The translations under genes were made by a program, and so were the position numbers. Shown here piece by piece: positions 27,754-41,487 of a stretch of DNA of 64,000 bases; the stretch's first letter is position 1; each line of letters starts with the position of its first letter. Source of the stretch: Octopus sinensis (Eukaryota); assembly GCF_006345805.1 (NCBI RefSeq), contig NW_021830466.1, positions 1,029 to 65,028 of the forward strand, written 5' to 3'. A model generated the notes under the pieces. That model did not search any database, was not told where the DNA came from, and worked only from the letters and a program-made list of their open reading frames with translations.

Positions 27754-28483
27754 AACCACATGGCAATTTTTTTCTCCGTCTTCCTTTTCTCTTGGACCTT
27801 CCTCCGTCTCTTGTTTCTTATGAAGAGCTTTGCTCGAAACATAAAACTACCTTTCTTTCCTTCCCTGAGCGTCTGCTAATACTTTACATGTACCACGTCC
27901 TAGCGTTGTTGATTTTTCTTGTGTTTGCTCCTTGCTTTTTTGATTGACCAGAAATGGCCTGAACTCTTTGTATGAACACCCTCCCTGTACATAACTCCAT
28001 GTCCCCCTACATGGCCTTGCTTTTGCTTTTTGAGCCAAAAAAAAAAAAAAATAAAATTAAATTAAAATTATATATATGTGTGTGTGTGTGTTGTTTTAAA
28101 CGACTGCACCTCTCCGCCTCACACACAAACCAGTACCAGCTTCATTTTCCTCTCCCCTCTCTCTTTCTGTTCATATCTATGCACAGCATTGTCTCTTCGT
28201 TTTCTCCTCTATCTCTTTCATCCTCTCTAGATCTCTCTATTAAATTATTTTCTCTTTCTCTCTTAGTGTAATATTTGCTCTTTTGTTTTAGTCATTTTAC
28301 TGCGGCCATGCTGGAGCACCACCTTTAGTCGAACAAATCGACCCCAGGACTTATTCTTTGTAAGCCTTGTACTTATTCTACCGTCTCTTTTACCGACTCA
28401 CTAAGTTACGGGAACGTAAACACACCAACATCAGTTGTCAAGCGATGGAGGTGGCGGAAACACATACATACATTCATACATAC

Positions 28484-28540
<57 letters not shown>

Positions 28541-29985
28541 CACACGACGGGTTTCTTTCAGTTTCCGTCTACCAAATCCATTGACAAGGCTTTGGTCGGC
28601 CCGAGGTTAAAGTAGAAGACTCTTGCCCAAGGTGCTACGCAGTGGAATTGAACCCGGAACCATGTGGTTGAGAAACCAGCTTCTTACCACACAGCCACGC
28701 CTGGTTTGTAAATTCTTTCCTTCTCTCTCTCCCCTTCCATGTAAATCCATTTCCATTGCTTTCACCCCACTCCTCCAGGAGTAGCTGTGTGGTAAGTAGC
28801 TTGCTTACCAACCACATGGTTCCTTGTTCAGTCCCACTGCGTGGCACCTTGGACAAGTGTCTTCTACTATAGCCTCGGGCCAACCAAAGACTTGTGAGTA
28901 AATTTGGTAGACGGAAGCTGAAAGAAGCCCGTTGTATATATATATATATATAATATATATATATATATAATATATATATATATAAATAGGAAAAAGCAAC
29001 AAGAATGGATTAAAATCTCGGTACGATCGTTTCGTACGAGGACATCTTTAATAAGCTACAAAAAATGCAGTGAATACAGATGGCTCGTACTCGTCACCGA
29101 AAAAAATATCAGAGAATTCCCAAACATCAAAAGGGGTAGATATAAAAGAGGTTGTAGGATTAACTGCATTGAAGAAAGTTCGATTCATGGAGATCTGATG
29201 AAAGGTTTTAAACCTATAGAATTTATGCATGTCTACATATAGCTCATATTGGATATTTGATCAAGTTGTATGAAGAAATTTTCGACTCCCTGATATTTTC
29301 GCATGATTGTACCTTGAATCCCTCCACAAAACTGGATTACGAACTATAAGGACATACACAAATTTTGTAAGTTCAAGACTTTTTCATCAGATCTCCAAAA
29401 AAATCGAACTTATCTGCGATTCTTGTTAATTTCAATAACAATCTGTTCTTCTACACGACATGACAGTCACTATGTTTTTACTCAGACTTTCCTCTACATG
29501 ATGTGGCAGTCACTTTGCCTCTTACTCGGATTTTCAGAAATTTTGCATGACTGTATCCGAAAATTTCTTCATACAACTTGATCAAATATCCAATATGAGC
29601 TATATGTAGACATGCATAAATTCTATAGGTTTAAAACCTTTCATCAGATCTCCATGAATCGAACTTTCTTCAATGCAGTTAATCCTACAACCTCTTTTAT
29701 ATCTACCCCTTTTGATGTTTGGGAATTCTCTGATATTTTTTCGGCTGACGAGTACGAGCCATCTGTATTCACTGCATTTTTTGTAGCTTATTAAAGATGT
29801 CCTCGTACGAAACGATCGTACCGAGATTTTAATCCATTCTTGTTGCTTTTTTCCTATTTATAATCACCCCACTTGTCGTATGGCTAACACCATATAGATA
29901 TCCGGTGCATCCTAGTTAAGGACCATATTCATGTGAATTCTTTAGAATTCACTAGAATCTCAATTACTTAACCTATATATATATA

Positions 29986-30035
<50 letters not shown>

Positions 30036-30643
30036 TCCCCCACCATCGATTGACAACAGATTTTGGTGTGTTTACGTCCCTGTAACTTAGCGGTTCGGCT
30101 AAAGAGGTCAATAGAATGAGTAGTGGGCTTACAAAGAATAAGTCCTGTGGTCGATTTGCTCGACTAAAGGTGGTGCTCCAGCATGGCCGCAGTCAAATGA
30201 CTGAAGCAAATAAAAGAATCTTTCAATACACAGTCTCTCTCTCTCTCTCTCTCTCAGTTTCTCTCTCTTTATATATATCTATCCATATATTGTTCATTCT
30301 CCCTCTCTTCCTCTCTCTCTTTGTATGTGCCTCTACATTGTTCTCTCTGTACACCAACCTTCATATTGCTCCATCTCTCTTTACCCTTTCTCTCAATGTG
30401 TATCTCTCTGTCCATGTGCCTCTCTTCGTATATATCACTCCCTCTTTTTCTCTTCCTCTCCCTTTCTGTACATCTCCCTCTCCCCCTCTAACTATTTCTG
30501 CGATTGACCATCTCTCTCATTCTCACCCACTTTCTCCCTTAACGCCTTCCTCTTCTCTCTACCACCCTTTCTATGTGTATTTCTATCTCGAAATATAACT
30601 TATTTTCTCCTTCCCTCTCTCCCTCCCTCCCTCCCTCCCTCCC

Positions 30644-30722
<79 letters not shown>

Positions 30723-31850
30723 GTCTGTCTGCCTGTCTGCCTGTCTCTCCGCAAACCCACTCGTCAGTCATCCGTGTCTCTGTTTCACCCTTCTCTCTAC
30801 AACAACGACGATGACGGCGACGACCACCAAAACCACCGCCACCACTACCACCACTACCATCAACAACAACAACAACATCGACATCGACACAATACACCCC
30901 CGCCGCCGCCGCCATCGCAGCCGCTACCTTACCACATCACACCCAGAGTGTCTCTGACGTCACAATGACATCAGAGCAGAACAGCAATTGACATCTAATT
31001 CCATTTTCTGAATGGGAAACTGCAAGGTCGATAAGGCGGTGGGTGCGTGGTGGTGGCGGTGGTGGTACTTGGATAGTTATGACGATGACGAAGTAGAAGG
31101 TGCGCGTGCGCGCGATAACGTACATGTGTGTGTTGGTGGTGGTGGTGGTGGTAGAGGCAGTAGTAGTAGTAGCGGTGGTGATGATGTTTACAGTTGCTAT
31201 TGTAGTAATTATTCTATAGTTGTAGACGTTCGTAATGAGTGCGTCTGTCCGTGAAGCGCGGAGGAAGGCGCGCGCGCGCGTGTGTGAATATGGAGAGATA
31301 CATGTGTATGTTAGCAGTTGTGGGTGTGTGTGTGTGTTTATGTTTATGCTTGTATTCATAATTACACACATATATATATGTATATGTATGTGCATACATA
31401 CATATATACATACATGAATACACTCGCGCTCGCACATACACACACGTACCACATATCGTTGCATTGGAGATTCTTGTGTATTGCAAGGAATTATACATAC
31501 ATACACACATACATCATACATACATACAAACATACATACACACATACATCATACATACATACAAACATACATACACACATACATACATACATACACACAT
31601 ACATCATACATACATACAAACATACATACACACATACATACATACATACATACACACATACATCATACATACATACATACATACATCATACATACATACA
31701 CACATTCATACATACATACACACATACATACATACATACATACATACATACATACATACACACATACATACATACATACATACATACATACATGTATACA
31801 TACATACACGTAAGTATAGATACCTTGAATACATTTTCTGACGTTTGCTT

Positions 31851-31883
<33 letters not shown>

Positions 31884-31884
31884 G

Positions 31885-31932
<48 letters not shown>

Positions 31933-34900
31933 ATGTTCGTTTTTTGTGCACCTGTTTCTATTTGTCTGTAAACGTGTTTGAATGCGTATTTTTCTGTTTC
32001 TCTCACTACTTGTTTCAGTCATTTGACTGCGGCCATGCTGGAGCACCGCCTTTAGTCGAGCAAATCGACCCCGGGACTTATTCTTTGTAAGCCCAGTACT
32101 TATTCTATCTGTCTCTTTTGCCGAACCGCTAAGTGACGGGGACGTAAACACACCAGCATCGGCTGTCAAGCAATGCTAGGGGGACAAACACAGACACACA
32201 TACATATATATATATATACATATATACGACAGGCTTCTTTCAGTTTCCGTCTACCAAATCCACTCACAAGGCATTGGTCGGCCCGGGGCTATAGCAGAAG
32301 ACACTTGCCCAAGATGCCGCGCAGTGGGACTGAACCCGGAACCATGTGGTTGGTTAGCAAGTTACTTACCACGCAGCCACTCCTGCGTATATGTACGTTT
32401 GTGTATAAACCTGTTTGGTTGTCTATCTGTATGCCATGTGATGAAATGTAATGCATACATACGTGTATGTATGTATGTATGTATGTATGTATGTATGTAT
32501 GTATGTATGCATGTACGCGTGCATGTATGTGAGGAGATATGTTTGTGTATGTATGTGTGTATATATGTATGTATGTATGTATGAATGTGTGTGTGTATGC
32601 ATGTGTATGTGTGCATATATGTATTTAATTATGTATGTATGAATGCTTGTGTATGCATGTGTGTATATGTGTGTATGTACGTATGTATATCTGTATGTAT
32701 CTAATTACGTATATGTGTGTATGTATGTATGTTTGTGTATGTATATACGTAGTATGCATGTATGTATGTGTATGCGTGCATGTATGTATGTGTGTGTGTG
32801 TGTATGTGTGTATGCGTGTATGTTCCCTTTTATTTTTAATTAGATGAAATCTTTCTATAAGAAAGGAGCTGGTTAGAAATATATCCTGTAAGCGGAACAG
32901 TAGAAATATACGAGACTTTTCTCAAGTTGCATTATTTTTATCTCCTTCTTAGTGATGAAGCTGTGTAAGCTTCATCACTAAGAAGGAGATAAAAATAATG
33001 CAACTTCAGAAAAGTCTCGTATATTTCTACTGTTCCGCTTACAGGATATATTTCTAATGTGTGCCTTGTTAACGGGTTGATTTCTTTATCTGAAAACTCT
33101 AGCTTTTCCAGCTGGGGTATATAGGCACCAAATCATGAACACCAGTTATTGGTATGAATCTGAATTTATAATTTGACGATACAATCGGAAGGGATCGAAA
33201 CAGTTGTCCGTAGTTATGCTCTTCCTCTTTAATTTTTGAAGTCATACATACATACATGCACACATACATAATGCATACATACGTACATACACACATACAT
33301 ACATATATACATACACGCACATGTACATACATACATGCATACATACATACACACATACACACATACATACCTACATACCTACATACATACATACATACTT
33401 ACATAATACACACACATGTACACATACATAATGCATACATACATACGTATATACACACGCACATACATATATACATACACGCACACGTACATACATACAT
33501 GCATACATACATGGTGATTGCTCCATCTTCACAAGAGGATTTCTGTCTCCTTGCATTTTCTTTTCGTCAATGGCGTTTCTGACTTTCCTTCCATGACCTC
33601 TCAGATGACTGTTCAATCCTGTTACAGATCTGCATGTTTTAAAGAATAGGTGACAGCCGAAAGTTCTAACTTTCTGTGCGCTTCCAATGGTTTTGGTCTG
33701 CCCATGTCACCCTCTTCTATCGCCATAGGACTATCAGAAGGTGGGATGACAAACGAGGTAGCTATAAAGAGACAGCTGTACGTCACAGGATCATCGTGAT
33801 CAACGCTTGTACAATCTAGTGAGAGGCCAGATTGAGACGACCAATAATCACATGAAATCACATGTTTTACATCAGATTGTCGTTCTCCTAGACAGTTACT
33901 ATGACAACATCTAGGGGTCCACGCACTCCCACTAGTTTTACTGAGTACCCTGGCACCAATCAGGGGTATTTCTGCATCCCCGCGCTCAGATGGAATGTCA
34001 TCGCATATAGTAGTTAATCATGAGCTGGTAACAATGAATAGTACCAGTAATTTCAGAGGGCCAGACTTGTCACATTCTATGTTATGCTGCATCATCCCGA
34101 GAACTATGTTAAGAGTACACGTGTCTGAGGAGTGCTCAACCACTAGCACGTTAATTTCATGAGAAGGCTGATCCGTTGATCGGATCAGCTAACCCTCGTC
34201 GCTCTAAGCGACAGAGTACCAGTTGCGATGTCTTCTTCTTCTTCTTCTTCTTCTTCTTCTTCCGATCAGGACTCACGCCATTAGCCACAAAGAATAATCT
34301 CTAATTCGAGCCTACTCTAAGCTACTAAGAATGCATGTGGCAACTTGAAGATCCACCATCCACACGCGATAGACTGGCGGTTGCACGGGGTTCAAAAGTT
34401 ACGTTGTTATCCTCATTCCGTAAACGGGTGGAGAGCTGAACCATCCTGGGGTACAGAGAATTCGCAACCTAGACTAGGGTCTGAAAGTTTACAACACCAT
34501 AGTGGGTTACACCATGGTTCTTCTGCTTTGTGACAGAAGTAGGAAGAAAGAGTGAGAGAAAGTTGTGGTGAAAGAGTACAGCAGGGTTCACCACCCCTCC
34601 CCCGCCAGAGCCTCGTGGAGCTTAAGTGTTTTTGCTCAATAAACACTCACAATGTCCGGTCCGGGAATCGAAACCGCGTTATTACGACCGCGAGTCCGCT
34701 GCCCTAACTACTGGGCCATTGCGCCTCCACTGATGTTGTTGCTTAGTCACCAGGTCTTTACAATAAGCCATTCGAGCCCAGACTATTTGCTCTTTTCCCA
34801 AATGCATGAAATCCCATACAGTATTATACATAGTGTCTTTTGCTACGAGAGTAAGATGTAATATGAGGGAGGTTTAACTACTATTTCGAATGACACTGTA

Positions 34901-35534
34901 GACACACCATCGTCAACAGTGTATGCTCACACTATCTATCTATCTATCTATAATATATATATATATATATATTTATATATTGTTTTATCAGTTTTAGCCC
35001 ATAGCTGTCGCCATGCCGTTATGCTACAATGATATATATATACACATAAATGCATAAGTATACATACATACATGTATATATAAGTATATAAATGTGTGCG
35101 TGTATGCGTGTATGTGAGTGTGTGTGTATATGGTGTGTGGAGGTGTGTATGTGCGTGTGGGCGGGAGTGTTGTTTCCGTGTTACTACCAAGAGGTGGGCG
35201 GTGGCAAGACAGAACTAAATGCCGAAGCAGAATGCAAATAATAAATATACTGATAATAGGAATGTATTGAGCTCACACAAAGAAGCCAGTTATTGTCGGC
35301 AAGCCCATAGCTTCAGGCTTCTGGTGGTGGTGTAAGCAGGAAACAAAAATAATTTTATAAAGAGAAGAAATGATCAATTTATGGTTTAAACCAGAAATTG
35401 GAATATTGAATTCTTTGAGATTTATTGGTTTAAGTACAGCATTGTTCATGTTGATGGAAGTGGCATCAAGTTGTGATGTTGGAAGCACATGCTCTCACAT
35501 AAAATTGTCTGAGTGTGAGTGAGTGTGTATGTGA

Positions 35535-35583
<49 letters not shown>

Positions 35584-35748
35584 GTGTGTGTGTATCGATA
35601 TACTCTTTTACTCTTTTACTTGTTTCAGGACTAATTCTTTGTAAGCCTAGTACTTATTCTATCGGTCTCTTTTTGCCGAATTGCTGAGTTACGGGGACGT
35701 AAACACACCAGCATCGGTTGTCAGGCGATGTTGGGCGTACAAACACAG

Positions 35749-35786
<38 letters not shown>

Positions 35787-36248
35787 GTATATATATACAT
35801 ATATACGACGGGCTTCTTTCAGTTTCCGTCTACCAAATCCACTCACAAGTCTTTGGTCGGTCTGAGGCAATAGTAGAAGGCACTTGCTCAAGGTTCCACG
35901 CAGTGGGACTGAACCCGGTAATAGTAATAATAATGAGAGGGATTCTTTGGGGTTTGAATAATTCACCTCTGGAAACATGGGTGGTTCGTTCAACATCCTT
36001 AAACAACCCTTATTCAGGGACCTTTTGAGCGGGATGAGTTACTCGACCAGAAGAAAATTCTAACTGGGCCCCACCTGCAAGGTCATGTGCTGTTTATCTT
36101 GATATGAGATCACCATGTCGCGCACATATGGTTGTGATGCATTTGCCTAGTGTACCCTATCAGACAGACGGGTAGTCATGATGGGTATACTGGGCTTCGT
36201 ATATTTTACCCCAGTGTCACTTTGATGGCATGTACTGCTCTCTCACTC

Positions 36249-36291
<43 letters not shown>

Positions 36292-36439
36292 TAATAATAA
36301 TAATGAATAATAATAATCCTTTCTACCAAAGGCACAAGACCTGAAATTTGGAGGAGAGGACTAGTCGATACATCGACCCCAGTGTTTCACACTGGTACTT
36401 AATTTGTCGACCGCGAAAAGATGAAGCTAAGGTTATACA

Positions 36440-36534
<95 letters not shown>

Positions 36535-39500
36535 AATCCAACGGGAAAACAAAAAACAACAATGGAACAATTACAGTATTATTTTAATAGGCGCTCGTGG
36601 AAATATGGAAGCAGGAAGGTATGACGTTTCGAGCGGAGCTCTTCGTCGGAAACATAAAGAAGGAAGAGAGAGGAAAGAAAGATCCAAAGCGGGCAACAGG
36701 AGATGGAGAAAAAAACGACTGGTGTTTACGAGTTACACATGGTGAAAGGCGGAAGTTTACGATAACAAGAGCAAAGTAGGTTTTTAAAGCCAAAAGAGTG
36801 GAGACAGGGTTGGTAACGCAACAGATGTGTGTGTATGTGTGAGTGTGTGCGTGTGCGTGTGTGTATGTGTGAGTGTGTGCGTGTGCGTGTGTGTATGTGT
36901 GAGTGTGTGCGTGTGCGTGTGTGTATGTGTATGTGAGGCGAGATAAAAAAACAAAAAATATATGTATGTGTTAGTGTGTGCGTCTGTGTGTAGGCGTGTG
37001 AGGTAGGGCGAGACAGTAGTAGGCATAGCAGACAGTGGTCAGTAGTAAGAAAAAGAAGGAAGGAGGAAGGGAGGGAGGGGAAGGGGTGGGGGCGTATGTA
37101 GCGTGCCAGCGTGTGTTGAGTAGTAGTGTGTGTGTGTGTCCAGTGTCGTGGTAGTATTAATGGCGAGTAGATTGAATGTGTGTAAGAGTAATGTATATAT
37201 TTAAGCAATGTGTGTGTGTGAGTGGGTGTGTATATGTGTGCGCGTGTGTGTAACAAAAAAGGGGGGGGTTAAGGAAAAAGGACTCCAGCTGAGGGGAAGA
37301 TGGAAGAGTGGTCCCGCGGAGACGGGCGTGGGAAAACCCAACGACAAGCGACGGTCCCAGGAACGAGCGGGAGGTCTCGTCGGGTCCAAGAGCGAGGTGC
37401 ATGCAGCGCGTATGCGTGCGCGAACCGGCGCAAGCGCGTGTGTGCGCGCGCGCCTGCGAGTATGCGCGTACGTATGTATGTGTGTGGATGTGTGAGTGTG
37501 TCTGTGTGTATGTCTGGGTGTCAGTGTGTCCGATGAATGTATGTGAGTATGTGTGTATATATGTGTGTGCATAGATGTATGTCCGTGTGTGTGTGTGTGT
37601 GTATGTGTATGAGTGTGTATGTATGTACGTGTGGGTGTGTGGAAGTGTGTGTATGTGCATGTGTGTGCGCGTACATACAGGTGTGTGAGTGAGTGTGTGT
37701 GTGTGTGTATGTATGTGTGAGTGTGTATGTATATGTGTGTAGGATGCATGTATGTGTATGGGTGTATGTATGTGTGTATGTATGTATGTGTACGTGCGTG
37801 TGTGTGTGTGTATGCGTGTAGGTGTGCGCGTGTGCATGCATGCATGCATGTGCGTATGTGTGTGTGTGTGCATGTGTGTGGGTATATGTATGTGCGTATA
37901 TGTGTGTGTATGTGCGTACATGTGTGTGTGTGTATGCATGTGTGTGTATGTAGGTGTGTAGGCGTGTTGTGTATAGGTGTATGTATGTAAGTATGTATGG
38001 TGTGTCCGTGTATGTGTGTGTATGTATGCGTGTGTATGTAGGTGTGTGGGCGTGTGTATATAGGTGTATGTATGTATCTGGGTGTGTCCGTGCATGTTTG
38101 TGGTTGTATGTATGCATGTGTATGTAGGTGTGTGTGTACGTGTGTAATGTATGTGTGTATGCGTGTGTGTGCGTGTGTATGCGTGCGTGCGTGTGTGTAT
38201 GTAGGTGCGTATGTATGTGTGTGGGAGTGTAGGTGTGTGTGTGCGCGTGCGTGTTTATGTTGGTGTGTGCGTATGTGAGTGTGAGTGTATGGGTGTTTGT
38301 CATGCATGTGTGTGCGCGTGCAGGCGAGTGTGTGTGTAAGTATGTGTGTGTGTATGTTTGTGTGAGTGTGTATGTGTGTATGTCTGTGTGTATGTATGTG
38401 CGTATAGGAGTATGTAGGTATGTGTGTGTGCGTATGTGTGTGTATGTGTATGTGTGTGTGTTTATGTATGTGTGTATGTATGTGTGTAGGCGTGTGTGTG
38501 TAGATGTATGTATGTATGGGTGTGTGTCTGTGTGTGTTTGTGTGTGTGTGTAGGTAGGTGTGTGTGTCTGAGTGAGGGTATGGCTGTGTAGGTGTGTGTG
38601 TGTATGAATGTAAGTGTGTGTGTGTACAAGTGTAATATATGTATGTAGGTGTGTGTGTGTGTGTATGTGTACGTGTGCGTGTGTATGAGTGTGTGTGTAT
38701 GCGTGTGAGTGTGAGTGTATGGGTGTATGTCTGTGTGTGTGTATGTCTGAAGTAGGTATGTGTGTGTGTATGTATGTACGTGTGTGTGTGTGCGGGTATG
38801 TGTGTGTGTGTGTGTATGTGTGTGTGTGAGTAGGTGTGCGTGTATGTATGTGTGTAGGGATGCATGCGAGTGTGTGGGTATGTATGCATACATACGCACG
38901 CGCACATCCGAAGCAAGCCCACACACACGAAGCGCGCTCATGCACACAACGCACAAGCAACACAACGCAAGCCCATGGGGCCGACCAAGCCCCCAGCGCG
39001 CGCCAAGGCGCGCGAGCGCAAAGGCCCTCGAACGCCCCGCTACGCGGGAACCGAGGATCCATCAGCCAAAACCGGAAAGCAGAAAAGAGGGGGGGGGGGT
39101 GCTGCCTGAATGCAAAAAGGTGTATGTGTGTGTGCATTCAGTGTAAGGGTGTGCATGTGTGGGTATGTATGTATGTGTGTGCCTACATGTATGTGTGCAT
39201 GTGTGTGTGTGTGAAGTATGTACGTGCGGTGTGTGTGTGTGAGTGTGTGTGTATGTATGTGCGTATGTATGTGTGTATGTATGTGTGTATGTATGTCTGT
39301 GTGTGTGTGTGTATGTATGTGTGTGTGTATGTGCATGTTGGTTTGTATGTTAGTGTGTGCATGTATGTCTATAAGTGTGTGTGATTAAATGTGTGAATGT
39401 ATGTACGTAGATGGGTCTACGTATGTGTGTGTGTGAACAGGCGTGTGGGAGGTAGGTAGGTGTGTGTGTGTGGGTGGTGTATCCGGGAAACAAAAAAAAA

Positions 39501-41454
39501 AAAAGAAGCGGATCTCAAGAGGAGGGCTGTGTTAAGTCCGTGTGGGGTAGTAGTTTGTAGGGTGAAGATGTAGCGTTGCTCCAAGTGGAGCCTGGAAAGT
39601 GGGCGACCATTGTTGGGGGCGAGACCAAACACTGAGATGTCATCTAGGGAATGGCCGGCCGAGCGGAAGTGGCGTGCGACGGGAGAAAAAGAGTGTAGGC
39701 GAACGTCCCTCAAATGTTCAGTGAAACGGTCGGACAACCGGCGTCCCGTCTGTCCTACATACAGCATCCCGCATAGGTTGCATTTAATGCAGTAAATAGG
39801 CCAGACGAGGTGCACGTAAAAGAGTGCCTAATGCGTACAGTATGCTGGTTGGAGCCGGTGACAGCGGTGGTGTTGGTGATGAAGGGGCAGTGTTGCAGCG
39901 GGATCTAGAGCAAGGGAATGATCCGTGTGGGGCTGAGGGGGAAGGAGAGAGGGTGCTGTGGACCAGGAGGTCACGCAGATTGCGGGCTCGTTTGAAGGAG
40001 GACAGGGGTGGGTTAGGGAAAATAGGGCGGGTGGTGGGATCAAGCTGGAGGCGACGGAAGGCACGTAGTATCTTGCGACGAAGGGGTAGGGTAGAGGGGT
40101 GGAAAAGGAGGGGGAAGGGGTGCGGTTGGGGGGTGGGCGGGGGGAAGGAGACAGGGCGGTAGTGCGGTCGATGCGACGGGCGCGGGTGAGGGCTCGTTTG
40201 GTGTGGAAGGGGTGGGAGGAAGAGAAGTTGAGATAGAGGTGGGAATCCGTAGGTTTAAAGAAGGCGGTGGTGGTGAGAGAGTTGGAGGGGTGATCGATGC
40301 GGAGAGAGATGTCAAGGAAGTTGACAGAGGTGTTGGAGATGGTGGAGGTGAATTGAAGAGAGGGGTGAAAGTTGGAAAGGAAAGAGATGAATTGGCAGAG
40401 AAGTTCACGGGAAAGGGAGGTGGCACCTACGCAGTCGGCGATATAGCGACCGTATAGTTCGGGGGTCGGCCCAGAGAACTGGGAGAACACTTGGGCCTCA
40501 ATGTAGCCAAGAAAGAGATTGGCGAAATTGGGGCCCATCCTAGTTCCCATCGCGACCCCGGACACCTGTTGGTACGTTTCCCCGGCGAACGTGAAGCAAT
40601 TGAGGGTGAGGACGTGCTCAGCCAAACGGAGAAGGGTGGGGGTGCTGGGGGTGGGGTCGGGACGACGGTCGAGGAAGTGTTGGAGGGCTAGGAGACCGTC
40701 ATTGTGGGGAATCACTGTGTACAGGGATTTTACATCTAAAGTGAAGAGGAGGTGTGAGGGGCTGGAAGGGAAGGAAAAGGAATTGAAGAGACGGAGGGCG
40801 TGGTTGGTGTCGTGTATGTGGGATGGGAGGGCTGCGACTAAGGGGGACAGGATGCGGTCGAGGTATAGGGAGATGAGTTCAGTGGGGCAATTACAGGCAG
40901 AGACTATGGGACGGCCAGGATTAGAGGGTTTATGGATCTTGGGAAGGAAGTAGATGGTGGAGGTGCGGGGTGTGCGGACGATGAGGTTGGTGGCGGTGGG
41001 GGGGGAGAGCGGAGGAGGAGATGAGGTCGCGGATGGTGGAGGACACTCGCTGTTGGTAAGAGGAGGTGGGATCGGAGGGGAGGAGGCGATAGAAGAGGGG
41101 ATTTTGAAGCTGGTTGAGCGCTTCCTCCCTGTATAGGTCCGCGCGCCACACTACCACTGCCCCGCCTTTGTCCGCCGGTTTGATGACAATGTCATTACGT
41201 CGGCGGAGGTGGCGAAGGGCAATGGATTCGGCCCGAGTGAGGTTGGCTCGGCGGGGTCTTGGTTCAAAGTTGAAACGGTGGACCAAAGCGTTGCAGTCAT
41301 GTACAAACGAATCTAGGCTACTGAAAAGGCCTGGGGGCGGCGTCCAGATGGATGGACGACGCCCCAGCTCCAAAAGGCAATCCTGATTGTTGTGACGCTG
41401 CGGGGACGCGTGGTAGTATGCGCAAAGTTTGAGGCGGCGCAGGAACAGGTTGAC

Positions 41455-41487
<33 letters not shown>

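Noticed and set aside
29048-29794. Two near-identical 60-aa ORFs on opposite strands
   Set aside because: A consequence of the inverted arms; no protein signature.
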